A stretch of DNA of 64,000 bases from positions 829-64,828 of the forward strand of contig CAYGOF010000011.1 in the NCBI GenBank assembly GCA_964351395.1, written 5' to 3'. The stretch comes from an uncultured Roseivirgaceae bacterium (GTDB lineage Bacteria; Bacteroidota; Bacteroidia; Cytophagales; Cyclobacteriaceae). Positions 9,333-18,142 of this stretch are shown one piece after another. Below the pieces are notes generated by a model that saw only the letters and a list, made by a program, of their open reading frames with translations, searched no databases and had not been told where the DNA came from. The position numbers and the translations under genes were made by a program. The number at the start of each line of letters is the position of its first letter. Position 1 is the first letter of the stretch.

Positions 9333-9686
9333 ATTGAGTTGGTTGTTTAATAGACATCGAAAGTTTTTCCAGGTTGGAGCTACTTTTCACATCAGAATAA
9401 TGCCGTTTTGCGTTTCTGTGGTAACAGCGCCAGAATGGAAAGGTACCAAATTATCCAATCCGTTGCCTCTTCATTTTGGTATGTTTTAGCGCCTAATGCT
9501 TGAACTTGACGCCACAGCCTCACTCCATTTTTTCTGGCTTACGCATGAAGCGTAAAGGCGGATTACATAACTGAGTAAGATTGCCTCATGGCGTCGCTTT
9601 TAACGCGCAGGGACATTGATTACGTGTTGCTGAAAATGATAGCGGCAGTTCAGAAGCAAGTGATGGAGATTTCTTCAAAACCTAAT

Positions 9687-10694
9687 TTACCTCAAAAACT
9701 TTCCGATTACATCAGCGGGGAAGATCCCCACAGGTCCTTTGTAGATGCCTGCATTGATGCCAATATCGATCACTTCAACAGAAATGACATTGTCGCCCTC
9801 CCAGTTTATGAGTTCAGCCGGAATAGAATAGTCTCTGTATTGGGCATAGGACGCCGAGGCTCCAAGCGGCCGGCCGTCGTTGGTGGAACCAATGAGCCTC
9901 CCGTTCAGGTAAACTTTATCAAAATCATCTATTTTACCCAAGAGCAATGCAAGGGACTTGTTTTTTAACCTTGGATCGAACCTGAAATGTTTGCGGTAAT
10001 AGAAAGTGCTTTCCCAGTCTTTTTTTCCTTTGGTATGAAGAAAGCCTGGGACCATGATAACGCCCCATTTACTGTCATTAAAGTCTTTTTCCTTCCATGC
10101 TTTGTCGTAGCCTTCGGCAAATTTCCAAATGCCTTCCAGCATCATTCCCTGATCCATGGGTGACCAGGAGGCAAACAATCCTATGTCGCCGCTAACAATT
10201 CCGCCGCTGTGGATGGTGTCGAAGATTCGTACAGAAATGACATTCTCCCCCTCATTATTCAAATACTCTGAAGGGATATAGTACCAGCGCTTGGCGTTGT
10301 AGGCAGTATTGAAACGAGGAGGGAAGCTACCAATGAAGCCGATCAGGTGACCGTTGACAAACACCTGGTCTACATCATCGATATATCCAAGATTGAGGTA
10401 AATGTTCCCGAATCTTTCTATTTTTTCGCCATCAAACTTTTTTCTATACCACGCATACCCATCGTACCCGTGATATCCTTCCGACTCCCACTCTGAAGGC
10501 ACAAATATATTTTCCCAATTCGATTCGTTAATGTCTGGCTTAGCCCAGTCCATATTATCACCGATACGGAACTGCCACTGGCCGCGAAGATCTACTATTT
10601 TTTGCATGTTTCTTTCTTGCGAAAAAACAGAGGCTGAAAACAATAGAAAGCAAATAGTTGAAATGTATTTCGAGCTATTCATCAGGTGATTCAT
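9687..10694 (-). CDS. Secreted protein made of two tandem GH2-type sugar-binding (galactose-binding-like) domains, with no catalytic domain
   Basis: Signal peptide, then two repeats of the GH2 N-terminal jelly-roll signature (W..I.VP..WE..GY..YDGYAWYRKKF ... VFVNGHLIG, and W..IMVPGF ... FYYRKHF ... VYLNGRLIG). Confidence 0.65.
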   Translation of the reverse strand: MNHLMNSSKYISTICFLLFSASVFSQERNMQKIVDLRGQWQFRIGDNMDWAKPDINESNWENIFVPSEWESEGYHGYDGYAWYRKKFDGEKIERFGNIYLNLGYIDDVDQVFVNGHLIGFIGSFPPRFNTAYNAKRWYYIPSEYLNNEGENVISVRIFDTIHSGGIVSGDIGLFASWSPMDQGMMLEGIWKFAEGYDKAWKEKDFNDSKWGVIMVPGFLHTKGKKDWESTFYYRKHFRFDPRLKNKSLALLLGKIDDFDKVYLNGRLIGSTNDGRPLGASASYAQYRDYSIPAELINWEGDNVISVEVIDIGINAGIYKGPVGIFPADVIGKFLR

Positions 10695-10822
10695 TTACGG
10701 TTGAAGAACACTTGCTGTGTTCGATTTCCTCACCCAGGGATGGCAATATCCATGCGTTTTTCTTTTTTTCAAAGAAATAGCCCTGAGCATTCGACTGAAC
10801 GATTGTAAAATTTTGTCATGTT

Positions 10823-10849
10823 AAAAAATCCCGCACACTCATGCGGGAC
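10823..10849 (-). terminator. Rho-independent terminator
   Basis: On the - strand, GTCCCGCA-TGAGTG-TGCGGGAT is followed by TTTTTT. Located 40 nt downstream of the 10889..11458 gene. Confidence 0.7.
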
Positions 10850-10888
10850 TTTCTCCAAACAACTATTAAACTAAATTTTAGAAAAGAA

Positions 10889-11458
10889 TTACATCGATAC
10901 TCTTTTCGAACTGTTGTTCGATGATACTTCGAAGGTGAAGCCTTTGCTTCCAATACTTGATAAATCGTATACCTTGCTGAATCCCTTGGTAAAGATGACT
11001 CTTTCGGTGTGAATCAGTTCGCCTTCTTCGTCGAAGATGCCAATTTTCGCATCACCACCGTGACTGTCTTTGTAGACCAGCTGGTACCTGTTGGCGTCTA
11101 GTTGATTCACACCAATTTCCTCTATTTCCTGTACCCTGGCCAGCAGGGAGAAATCGCCATCTTTGTCAGATATGACAAGCTGATAATTACCAGGGCCAAG
11201 ATCACTCATGTCATAAGGCTTCTTAAAACCCGATTTGTTTTGAATTCTGTCTACCCTGAGGATATGCCCCATCTCGTCAAGGACTTTTACTCTGACGACA
11301 CCAGGAGTATCGTCGGCATAAATAAGACTGTACTTTCCGGCTGTCTGTGATGGGACCAAAGCTACTTTTGTTGCATTTTCACCATTGCCTTCGGCGAAGG
11401 ATACGGTACTCATAGCTGCCACAAGCATCGCACATAAAATGATAGTTCTCTTTTTCAT
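10889..11458 (-). CDS. Hypothetical secreted protein with two internal beta-sandwich-like repeats
   Basis: Signal peptide (MKKRTIILCAMLVAAMSTVSFA). Internal duplication: YSLIYADDTPGVVRVKVLDEMGHILRVDRI..KSGFKKPYDMSDLGPGNYQLVI versus YQLVYKDSHGGDAKIGIFDEEGELIHTERV..TKGFSKVYDLSSIGSKGFTFEV. Confidence 0.6.
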   Translation of the reverse strand: MKKRTIILCAMLVAAMSTVSFAEGNGENATKVALVPSQTAGKYSLIYADDTPGVVRVKVLDEMGHILRVDRIQNKSGFKKPYDMSDLGPGNYQLVISDKDGDFSLLARVQEIEEIGVNQLDANRYQLVYKDSHGGDAKIGIFDEEGELIHTERVIFTKGFSKVYDLSSIGSKGFTFEVSSNNSSKRVSM

Positions 11459-11527
11459 AGTGTTTTGAGTTTTATTGACCCGTTGTTGAATCAGTTAAAC
11501 ATATTAACGGGCAACCCGAGCAAGGTT

Positions 11528-11564
11528 TGTCATGAATCAGTCAAGCGCTGTCATGAAATGTCAC
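11528..11564. promoter_or_regulatory. Direct repeats TGTCATGAA x2 plus TGTCAC (candidate OmpR-family regulator site)
   Basis: TGTCATGAA occurs at 11528-11536 and 11549-11557 (21-bp step), and TGTCAC at 11559-11564 (10-bp step). They lie 70-106 bp upstream of the 10889..11458 start codon, just downstream of an OmpR-type TCS operon. Confidence 0.3.
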
Positions 11565-11690
11565 GGTTGTGTTGAGAGATGTAAAAAGGAAGGCAGAGGA
11601 GGACCGAAGTTGGAAGTTAGGAGACCGAAGGCGTCGGTACCACAGCACTGGATGGAGCCCTCGCAGGTTAGACGCCGCTTGCCCATTTAA

Positions 11691-11852
11691 TAGTAATCGG
11701 TGATTAGTAAGGTGTAATCAGACCCCAGGGTTGTTATAATATGGTTATTTTCACTCAAGTATGTCGTTTCAAAAAAAATCGAACCGTGCTTTTCATTAAC
11801 ACTTACCATCTACCGATTACCGTTTACTACTTACTGATCACTACCTACTCCG
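11691..11852. repeat. Two inverted arrays of heptanucleotide repeats flanking an 82-bp AT-rich core
   Basis: Seven contiguous heptads at 11804-11852: TACCATC TACCGAT TACCGTT TACTACT TACTGAT CACTACC TACTCCG. Four heptads of the complementary sense at 11692-11719: AGTAATC GGTGATT AGTAAGG TGTAATC. The right-hand array overlaps the stop codon of the response regulator. Confidence 0.7.
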
Positions 11853-12555
11853 CAATCAGCTTATAGCCAATACCATGCACGGTAAGAATGATCTTTGGAT
11901 CGTTGGGGTTGGTTTCTATTTTTTGGCGAATTTTAAGGATGAAATTATCCACCGTGCGGGTGGTTGGTTGGGCCTCGTATCCCCACACGTCTTCCAGAAG
12001 TTTGTAGCGACTGACAATGTCATTTTTATTGGTCAGAAGAAACTTAAGGATATCAAATTCTTTATGCGATAGCTTTACCTCCTGGCTTCCCTCATAAGCC
12101 ACATAATGCTTGAAGTCGAGAACCAACCTTCCAATGCTGGCCTTTTCCAGTGCTGGTTCTGAAGTACCGCTGGTCGAAGAGGAGCCGCTTCCTTCGGTTC
12201 GGCGGAGAATGGCTTTGATTCTGGCAATAAGCTCTCTCAGGCTGAAAGGCTTGGTCATGTAGTCATCGGCACCAAGTTCAAGTCCCAATACCTTGTCAAT
12301 TTCCTCTCCTTTAGCTGTTAGAAAAATAATAGGGGTTTTCACTCCCAATTTGCGTGCATGTCTGCATACATCGAAACCTGACATTTTCGGCATCATGGCA
12401 TCCAGCACAATGAGGTCGTAGGTCGCTTGCTGGATTTTTTGCAATCCTTTTTCTCCATCTTCTGCCAACTCCACCGCATACCCCTCGAATTCGAGATTGT
12501 CTTTGAGTCCCATTCGCATGTGCAATTCGTCTTCAACTATGAGAATATTAGCCAT
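11845..12555 (-). CDS. Response regulator, OmpR/PhoB family (winged-helix)
   Basis: Receiver (ILIVEDELHMRMGL ... LIVLDAMMPKMSG ... IIFLTAKG) plus a Trans_reg_C-like C-terminus (LSHKEFDILKFLL ... TRTVDNFILKIRQKIE ... TVHGIGYKL). Confidence 0.9.
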   Translation of the reverse strand: MANILIVEDELHMRMGLKDNLEFEGYAVELAEDGEKGLQKIQQATYDLIVLDAMMPKMSGFDVCRHARKLGVKTPIIFLTAKGEEIDKVLGLELGADDYMTKPFSLRELIARIKAILRRTEGSGSSSTSGTSEPALEKASIGRLVLDFKHYVAYEGSQEVKLSHKEFDILKFLLTNKNDIVSRYKLLEDVWGYEAQPTTRTVDNFILKIRQKIETNPNDPKIILTVHGIGYKLIAE

Positions 12556-12565
12556 GATAGTGTGT

Positions 12566-14119
12566 TTAGCTGATTAAAATGGGAAACATGAGTTTAAATG
12601 TACTGCCTTTACCGGGCTTGCTGTCGACCATAATTTCCCCTGAGTGGGCATCCATGATATGTTTAACAATAGAAAGACCTAGTCCGGTGCCCTGGGTATT
12701 GTAAATGTCGCCCTGAGTTACCCTATAAAATTTATCAAAAATTTGTTTGCGTTTCTTTTCCTCAATGCCAACTCCCTGATCGATGACAGCCACTACCGCC
12801 CAATTGTCTGCCTCTTCTGTTGAAATGGAGATGTTTTTAGTGTCTGGGCTGTATTTGATGGCGTTGTCAAGGAGGTTAATAATTGCTTCCATGATGGCTT
12901 CTTTATCGGCTCTGATTGGCCCCATTCCATCTGTAAAATGAACCTGATAGGTAAAGCCTTTATTCTCAAGATGGAAAGAATAAGTATGGAGCACATCTCT
13001 AACCACATCATTAAGGAATGTTTTCTCCAGGTGATAGGTCTTTTTGTTGGCTTCAATCTGAGAGAAGTTCAGGATTTTATTAACGATGTTGGTCAAGCGC
13101 CCAGTTTCCTTTAAGATGATTTCGTAGTATTCTTTCTTTTTTACCTCTGCCGTTATTCTTCCCAATAAAAGCGTTTCTGCAAACATACTAATGAGCGAGA
13201 GAGGGGTGCGAATTTCGTGCGATACATTGCTTACAAAGTCGGATTTAGTTTGAGCCAGGTGCATCTCTGCCCTTATACTCCGAAACACCATCACAAAACC
13301 TAAAATGAGCACTACTGAAACAATTCCAATCATCACCAAATTCGTATTGGTACGCTCTTTCATGATGTTTTCAAGCGAATTGCCTGGTACATAAATCTCC
13401 AACTCATAGTCAGGCAGTAACCAGATAGGTTTTGACTGTACCTTGTTGTTCATCAACGAATCGGTCGTATATATGAGTTGCCCTGTCACCCGGTTTGATG
13501 CAGCCAATACAAATTCTTCTCCAGCCACCTGTGCCATCTTGGGTGCCAACAACTGCTCAATCATGTCACTTGGACGGATGATGACCACACAAAGAGAGTA
13601 AGTGTCGGCACTATTTCCCAATACCATCAGCAGGGTGTTGAACCTTTCCTCCTGGTGGGTTAGCACCTTAAAAGGTTCAATTTTTCGAAAGCCTGAAGCT
13701 TTGTAATCTGTAAGCTTTTTCACCAGGGCCGATTCCTCTTTTAAATGAGTTTCGATTTGGGCCAATAGCTCATCACGTGGTAATTCTTCTTTTTCGAAAT
13801 AGGCTCTTCTTTGATTTTTTTCCAGGGGGAAGAAATAAATAGCCGAAACCCCTGGGTAGCCATCAAGAATTTCTTTCGGGAACTCATTGACGCCTTTTCT
13901 TGCCCAGGCATCATCAACTCTTGTGGTCATACTGTTCACCACATCGTCGGAATATTGGTTGATGGAAAAAAGAAAAGTCTCAATTTGCTTGCCATATATG
14001 TCTCGCATCATTTCAACACTCTGATTGAGACTACGCACCTCAAATACCATGAGCACGCTGATGGGCAGCACGATGACGAGCATCAGGATAAATGATATTT
14101 TGCTAAAAGAAGTCCGCAT
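12566..14119 (-). CDS. Sensor histidine kinase (HisKA + HATPase_c)
   Basis: 517 aa with two TM segments, H-box FVSNVSHEIRTPLSLI, N-box LLDNAIKYS, and G-boxes DQGVGI / GTGLGLSIV. Lies 10 bp upstream of the OmpR-type regulator. Confidence 0.85.
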   Translation of the reverse strand: MRTSFSKISFILMLVIVLPISVLMVFEVRSLNQSVEMMRDIYGKQIETFLFSINQYSDDVVNSMTTRVDDAWARKGVNEFPKEILDGYPGVSAIYFFPLEKNQRRAYFEKEELPRDELLAQIETHLKEESALVKKLTDYKASGFRKIEPFKVLTHQEERFNTLLMVLGNSADTYSLCVVIIRPSDMIEQLLAPKMAQVAGEEFVLAASNRVTGQLIYTTDSLMNNKVQSKPIWLLPDYELEIYVPGNSLENIMKERTNTNLVMIGIVSVVLILGFVMVFRSIRAEMHLAQTKSDFVSNVSHEIRTPLSLISMFAETLLLGRITAEVKKKEYYEIILKETGRLTNIVNKILNFSQIEANKKTYHLEKTFLNDVVRDVLHTYSFHLENKGFTYQVHFTDGMGPIRADKEAIMEAIINLLDNAIKYSPDTKNISISTEEADNWAVVAVIDQGVGIEEKKRKQIFDKFYRVTQGDIYNTQGTGLGLSIVKHIMDAHSGEIMVDSKPGKGSTFKLMFPILIS

Positions 14120-14297
14120 GAAGAGATGTCAATTTGGAAATACGCAAGTTTCGAACGAAAGTAGCACAATCATGACATTTTTTTACGATTGGCTGGCATT
14201 GCAACGTTGTTTGAAGCTTCTTGCAAAATGCAAAAACCACATATGCAATCGTAGCTGGTTTACTTAACTTGTACTCCAGTCAATTTAAAAGCCTATT

Positions 14298-15389
14298 ATG
14301 AAGCCATTTGCCATTGACCCAAATATCAAAAGCGCATCTACGCTGCCAGCGTCTTTTTACAAGGATAGTCAGGTTTTCGAAAGCCTCAAAGACCGTGTGT
14401 TTGCAAAAAGCTGGCAATGGATTGGACAGGAGTCTCAGGTTTTGCTTTCAGAAAGCACCCATCCATTTACGCTGATGGAGGGTTATTTGGATGAGCCATT
14501 GCTGCTCACTAAAGACGCTGCTGACGAGGTGCGTTGCTTGAGTAATGTGTGTACTCACCGAGGAGCCTTGCTGTGCATGAACCCCGGAAAAGCGAAGAAG
14601 CTGGTTTGCCAGTACCACGGCAGGCGGTTTGCGCTTGACGGTCAGTTTGAACATATGCCTGAATTTGGAGACGCAGAGAACTTCCCAAGAGACTGCGATA
14701 ATTTACCATCGCTTCCGCTTCGCAATTGGTTTGGTTTTCTCTTTACCTCATTAGACCCATCCTTTGATTTTCAGCAGGTTATTGACGTGATGCAGGAGCG
14801 TGTGGGCTTCCTTGATCCTGCCAAATTCAGGTTCGCCCCTGAATTTAGCCGCGACTACCTGGTCAATAGCCATTGGGCACTTTATTGTGACAACTATCTC
14901 GAAGGGTTTCATATTCCATTTGTACATAAAGACCTGAATGCCGTGCTTGACTATGGTAGTTACAAAACACTGATCTATGATCATTGCAACCTTCAGATCG
15001 GTTACGGTAAACCCGGCGGCGATGCCTTCGATTTGCCGAAGGGACATCCCGATGAGGGAAAGATTGTTTCGGCCTGGTATTACTGGGTGTTTCCCAATAT
15101 GATGTTTAATTTTTATCCCTGGGGGCTATCGGTAAATATTGTTAGGCCCTTGTCGATGGGAAGGACCAAGGTAAGTTTTCTGACTTATATCCTCGATGAA
15201 GAGCGGTACAAGCAGGGGGCTGATGTTATGACAGACAAAGTTGAAAGAGAGGATGAGTTTGTTGTGGAAGCCGTGCAAAAAGGGATAAGGTCAAGGTTTT
15301 ATCCAGGAGGAAGGTTTTCGCCAACGAGGGAAAAGGGGGTTCATCATTTCCACGGCCTGCTGGCGAAGTTTATCAACGCCGTAAAGTAG
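14298..15389 (+). CDS. Rieske [2Fe-2S] aromatic-ring-hydroxylating oxygenase alpha-subunit-like protein
   Basis: Rieske motif CLSNVCTHRG...CQYHGRRF, followed by a catalytic domain with His-rich segments (NYLEGFHIPFVH). Confidence 0.8.
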   Translation: MKPFAIDPNIKSASTLPASFYKDSQVFESLKDRVFAKSWQWIGQESQVLLSESTHPFTLMEGYLDEPLLLTKDAADEVRCLSNVCTHRGALLCMNPGKAKKLVCQYHGRRFALDGQFEHMPEFGDAENFPRDCDNLPSLPLRNWFGFLFTSLDPSFDFQQVIDVMQERVGFLDPAKFRFAPEFSRDYLVNSHWALYCDNYLEGFHIPFVHKDLNAVLDYGSYKTLIYDHCNLQIGYGKPGGDAFDLPKGHPDEGKIVSAWYYWVFPNMMFNFYPWGLSVNIVRPLSMGRTKVSFLTYILDEERYKQGADVMTDKVEREDEFVVEAVQKGIRSRFYPGGRFSPTREKGVHHFHGLLAKFINAVK

Positions 15390-15558
15390 CTCGGAAGTAG
15401 GCAAAGGCGTTTTGCCGTCAAGTTTTAAGCAACTCCCTCTGGTCCGTCACCCACCCCTGGTCTGTCCCCTGACCGACCATGACCAGTTCCTACGCACCGG
15501 ATGGTTTGTTATTCGATAAATCACCTATAAAACCATGTTAATTGATTGAAGGCTGTCG

Positions 15559-15621
15559 GGGGACTGCCCTCGGAGATTTGGGGACAGCCCTCAGAGCTTT
15601 GGGGACAGCCCTCGGTCGGGG
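15559..15621. repeat. 3 x 21-bp tandem repeat GGGGAC(A/T)GCCCTC(G/A)G...
   Basis: GGGGAC starts at 15559, 15580 and 15601, an exact 21-bp period. Lies in a GC-rich stretch between convergent genes. A partial fourth copy abuts the stop of the 15626 gene. Confidence 0.85.
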
Positions 15622-15625
15622 AGCC

Positions 15626-16909
15626 TTAGGCGTCGGGGTTTGTTCTGAGTGTAATATTTTTCACTTCTTCTATATTCTTACAGCCCGTCAGTCCCATATT
15701 AAGCTCAAAGTCTGCAGCGAAATTTCGAATCACCTCATAAACACCCTGCTCACCAGCAATCGCCAATCCATAGACATAAGGTCGCCCGATACAACAGGCT
15801 GATGCGCCGAGTGCCAGTGCTTTCATCATATCTGCGCCAGACCTGATGCCGGAATCTATGATCAGCGGGAAATCTGAACCTACTGCCTTTTTGATTTCCG
15901 GAAGCATTTCGATCGTGCTCACAGCGCCGTCTACTTGCCTGCCTCCATGATTAGAAAGGATAAGTCCATTCATGCCATGTTCCTTTGCCAGCTTTGCATC
16001 TTCAGGATGCAAAATGCCCTTTAAAAGAATAGGAAGCTTGGTTCTTTCTCTCAAAAAGGAAAGATTGTCCCATGTTAAGGAAGGACGGGAATAGATATTG
16101 ATGAATTGTCGTACGGCTGCCAATGGCTCACCCGATGTCATGTTTTTGAGAAAGCTACCGGGGTAATTGTTGATCAATTGAAAAAGAGATAAAAAGGTAG
16201 TGGGCCTTATTTTGCGCTCCGTCTGGATTTCTTCCGCTATAGCATTTTCCTTAAGCAATCGCATGAACACAGGGTCGCTGGTGTACTGGGCAATTCCCTT
16301 GGCTTTTAGAAAAGGAAGAAACGCCAGGTCAAGGTCGCGGGTTCTCCAGCCAAGCATCGTGGTGTCAAGTGTTACAACAATAGCACTGCAGCCACAATTC
16401 TCAGCTCGTTTCACTAAACTTTCCACCAGCTCGTTCGACTTACTCCAGTAGAGTTGAAACCATCTAGGACTATCACCCATGGCTTTGGCGACTGTTTCCA
16501 TGGGTAAGGACGCCTGATTGGAAAAAATAAACGGAACTCCTACTCTCGAGGCTGCTTTTCCTACAGCCAGGTCACTGTGCTTGTGCACCATTTCCAATAC
16601 GCCAATTGGCGAAAGCAAAAATGGAAGTGGTAGTTTGGAATCAAAAAGTGGCGTGGTCGTATCTCTGACTGAAACATCTCTAAGCATCCGTGGAATTAGT
16701 TTCCAGTGATTAAAACCAGCCTGATTGCTGCCCATGGTGGTTTCCCGACCAGCCCCGCCGGCTATATACCCCCAGGCTTCCTTTGTCATCATTTTTTTGG
16801 CTTTCTTTTGAAGCCTCTCAAAGTCCACAGGCACTTTGGGTCGGATTCCAGCCATTCCATCAATGTATATTTTACGTTGCCAGCTTAAAGCGTCTTCAGA
16901 TTGACTCAT
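15626..16909 (-). CDS. FMN-dependent alpha-hydroxy-acid oxidase/dehydrogenase (lactate 2-monooxygenase-like)
   Basis: 427 aa with FMN_dh family signatures: SPIGV, VVTLDT, ILSNHGGRQVDG, IIDSGIRSGADMMKALALGA. Confidence 0.85.
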   Translation of the reverse strand: MSQSEDALSWQRKIYIDGMAGIRPKVPVDFERLQKKAKKMMTKEAWGYIAGGAGRETTMGSNQAGFNHWKLIPRMLRDVSVRDTTTPLFDSKLPLPFLLSPIGVLEMVHKHSDLAVGKAASRVGVPFIFSNQASLPMETVAKAMGDSPRWFQLYWSKSNELVESLVKRAENCGCSAIVVTLDTTMLGWRTRDLDLAFLPFLKAKGIAQYTSDPVFMRLLKENAIAEEIQTERKIRPTTFLSLFQLINNYPGSFLKNMTSGEPLAAVRQFINIYSRPSLTWDNLSFLRERTKLPILLKGILHPEDAKLAKEHGMNGLILSNHGGRQVDGAVSTIEMLPEIKKAVGSDFPLIIDSGIRSGADMMKALALGASACCIGRPYVYGLAIAGEQGVYEVIRNFAADFELNMGLTGCKNIEEVKNITLRTNPDA

Positions 16910-16964
16910 GGTCGTAGGGTTAGTGCTTGTTCATCTATTTTATGAAATGTTTATGCAAGGATAC

Positions 16965-17846
16965 TCAGACTTCTATGCCTTCAGGAGTTAGTTTACCTTC
17001 CTGCCATTCGTTGTTGAGCATCACCATTGTGTTTTTGATTCCCGCATCGATCAATTGTTCTGCTGCTTCTTTAAAGAATCCAGTCATTTCCCGCACATGA
17101 TGGCTGTCGGAATTAATCATTACTGGAATGCCCATTTCATTCACATACTTTAACGCCCAGGCTGACGGATAGCAGGTGGCTGTTTTTTTCTTGTACAAGC
17201 CCCTGGTATTTATCTCCAGCGTGAGTTGTTGCTCTTTGATGAGCTCCAGGGTTTCGATCACTTCCTTCCTGTACCAACCATCGCTTTCATGAAAGAGTTG
17301 TTCATCGATATTTTGCATTTTTATTTTGTCGAGATGCCCCACGATGGTAGGAGGCGCTTCCTCAAGCATCTGGCGGGTCAAAGCATAGTACCTTTGAACG
17401 GCAGCTTTTCCATTTCCTCCAAAAATGGCCATTAGTCCTTCTTCAAATACTTTGCGTTCCCCGTCAATTTCCCAGGGTTTACCATCCTCAAAAGCATCTA
17501 CGAAGTGAACAGACCCAATGCTATAATCGAGGTCTGCCTGTTCTATCCAGTCGCTCTTTACCGATACTATTCCTGGAATAAAATCTACCTCAAGGCTAGT
17601 GTAGACATCGATAATTCCAAGGTACTTGCCTTTGCAATCCTGGATATCGCTGAGGTAAGCCGATAAAGCTTCCTGCTTCATGGTCCAGGCCCAGGGGAAT
17701 GGCGTTGGGGCATGGGAGGAAACTCCGTAAGAAATCATGCCAAGTTCGGCGGCATGGCTGATATACTCCTCTACGGTGCCTTTTCCGTCGCAATAATGTG
17801 TGTGACTATGGTAGTTTGTCCAGCCCTTCATTTTCACAATTTGCAA
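16965..17846 (-). CDS. Histidinol-phosphatase, PHP family (HisJ/HisK type)
   Basis: N-terminal YHSHTHYCDG metal-binding motif, internal SVHF and GHLD motifs, C-terminal NSDSHH. Length 293 aa is typical for the family. Confidence 0.8.
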   Translation of the reverse strand: MQIVKMKGWTNYHSHTHYCDGKGTVEEYISHAAELGMISYGVSSHAPTPFPWAWTMKQEALSAYLSDIQDCKGKYLGIIDVYTSLEVDFIPGIVSVKSDWIEQADLDYSIGSVHFVDAFEDGKPWEIDGERKVFEEGLMAIFGGNGKAAVQRYYALTRQMLEEAPPTIVGHLDKIKMQNIDEQLFHESDGWYRKEVIETLELIKEQQLTLEINTRGLYKKKTATCYPSAWALKYVNEMGIPVMINSDSHHVREMTGFFKEAAEQLIDAGIKNTMVMLNNEWQEGKLTPEGIEV

Positions 17847-18142
17847 AAAAGAAGTATAGTTTTTATAAAAAATTGATCATTGAATTGTTAACTACAAATC
17901 AAAAAAGCGGCACGAAGTATTTATTGATCACAATAACTACCAATAGCGAGAAGAAAAGTAGTAACTCAATGGCTAAGAGAATCTTGTTCCAGGTATTTCC
18001 TGTTTTCTTTTGCACAAAAAAGAGGCAGTTGTTTATTCAATATTAAATAAAATCTCTTGAATGTATTTTGGTCACTGTTGGGAAGTTTTCCACAGTTAAC
18101 GCTAAATTTTGTTGATAACCTCGTCAGACGTTTACTATCTTC

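Noticed and set aside
9588-9968. 126-aa + strand ORF overlapping the 3' end of the GH2-domain gene
   Set aside because: Most of it is antisense to a gene with clear duplicated domain signatures. The remainder lies in unremarkable intergenic sequence.
17847-18142. AT-rich 296-bp intergenic region with a DnaA-box-like TTTTCCACA (about 18078-18086); possible oriC given gyrB nearby
   Set aside because: I found only a single degenerate box, with no cluster of TTATCCACA-type boxes anywhere in the window. No dnaA or dnaN is adjacent, and gene-orientation switches in the window do not centre here.
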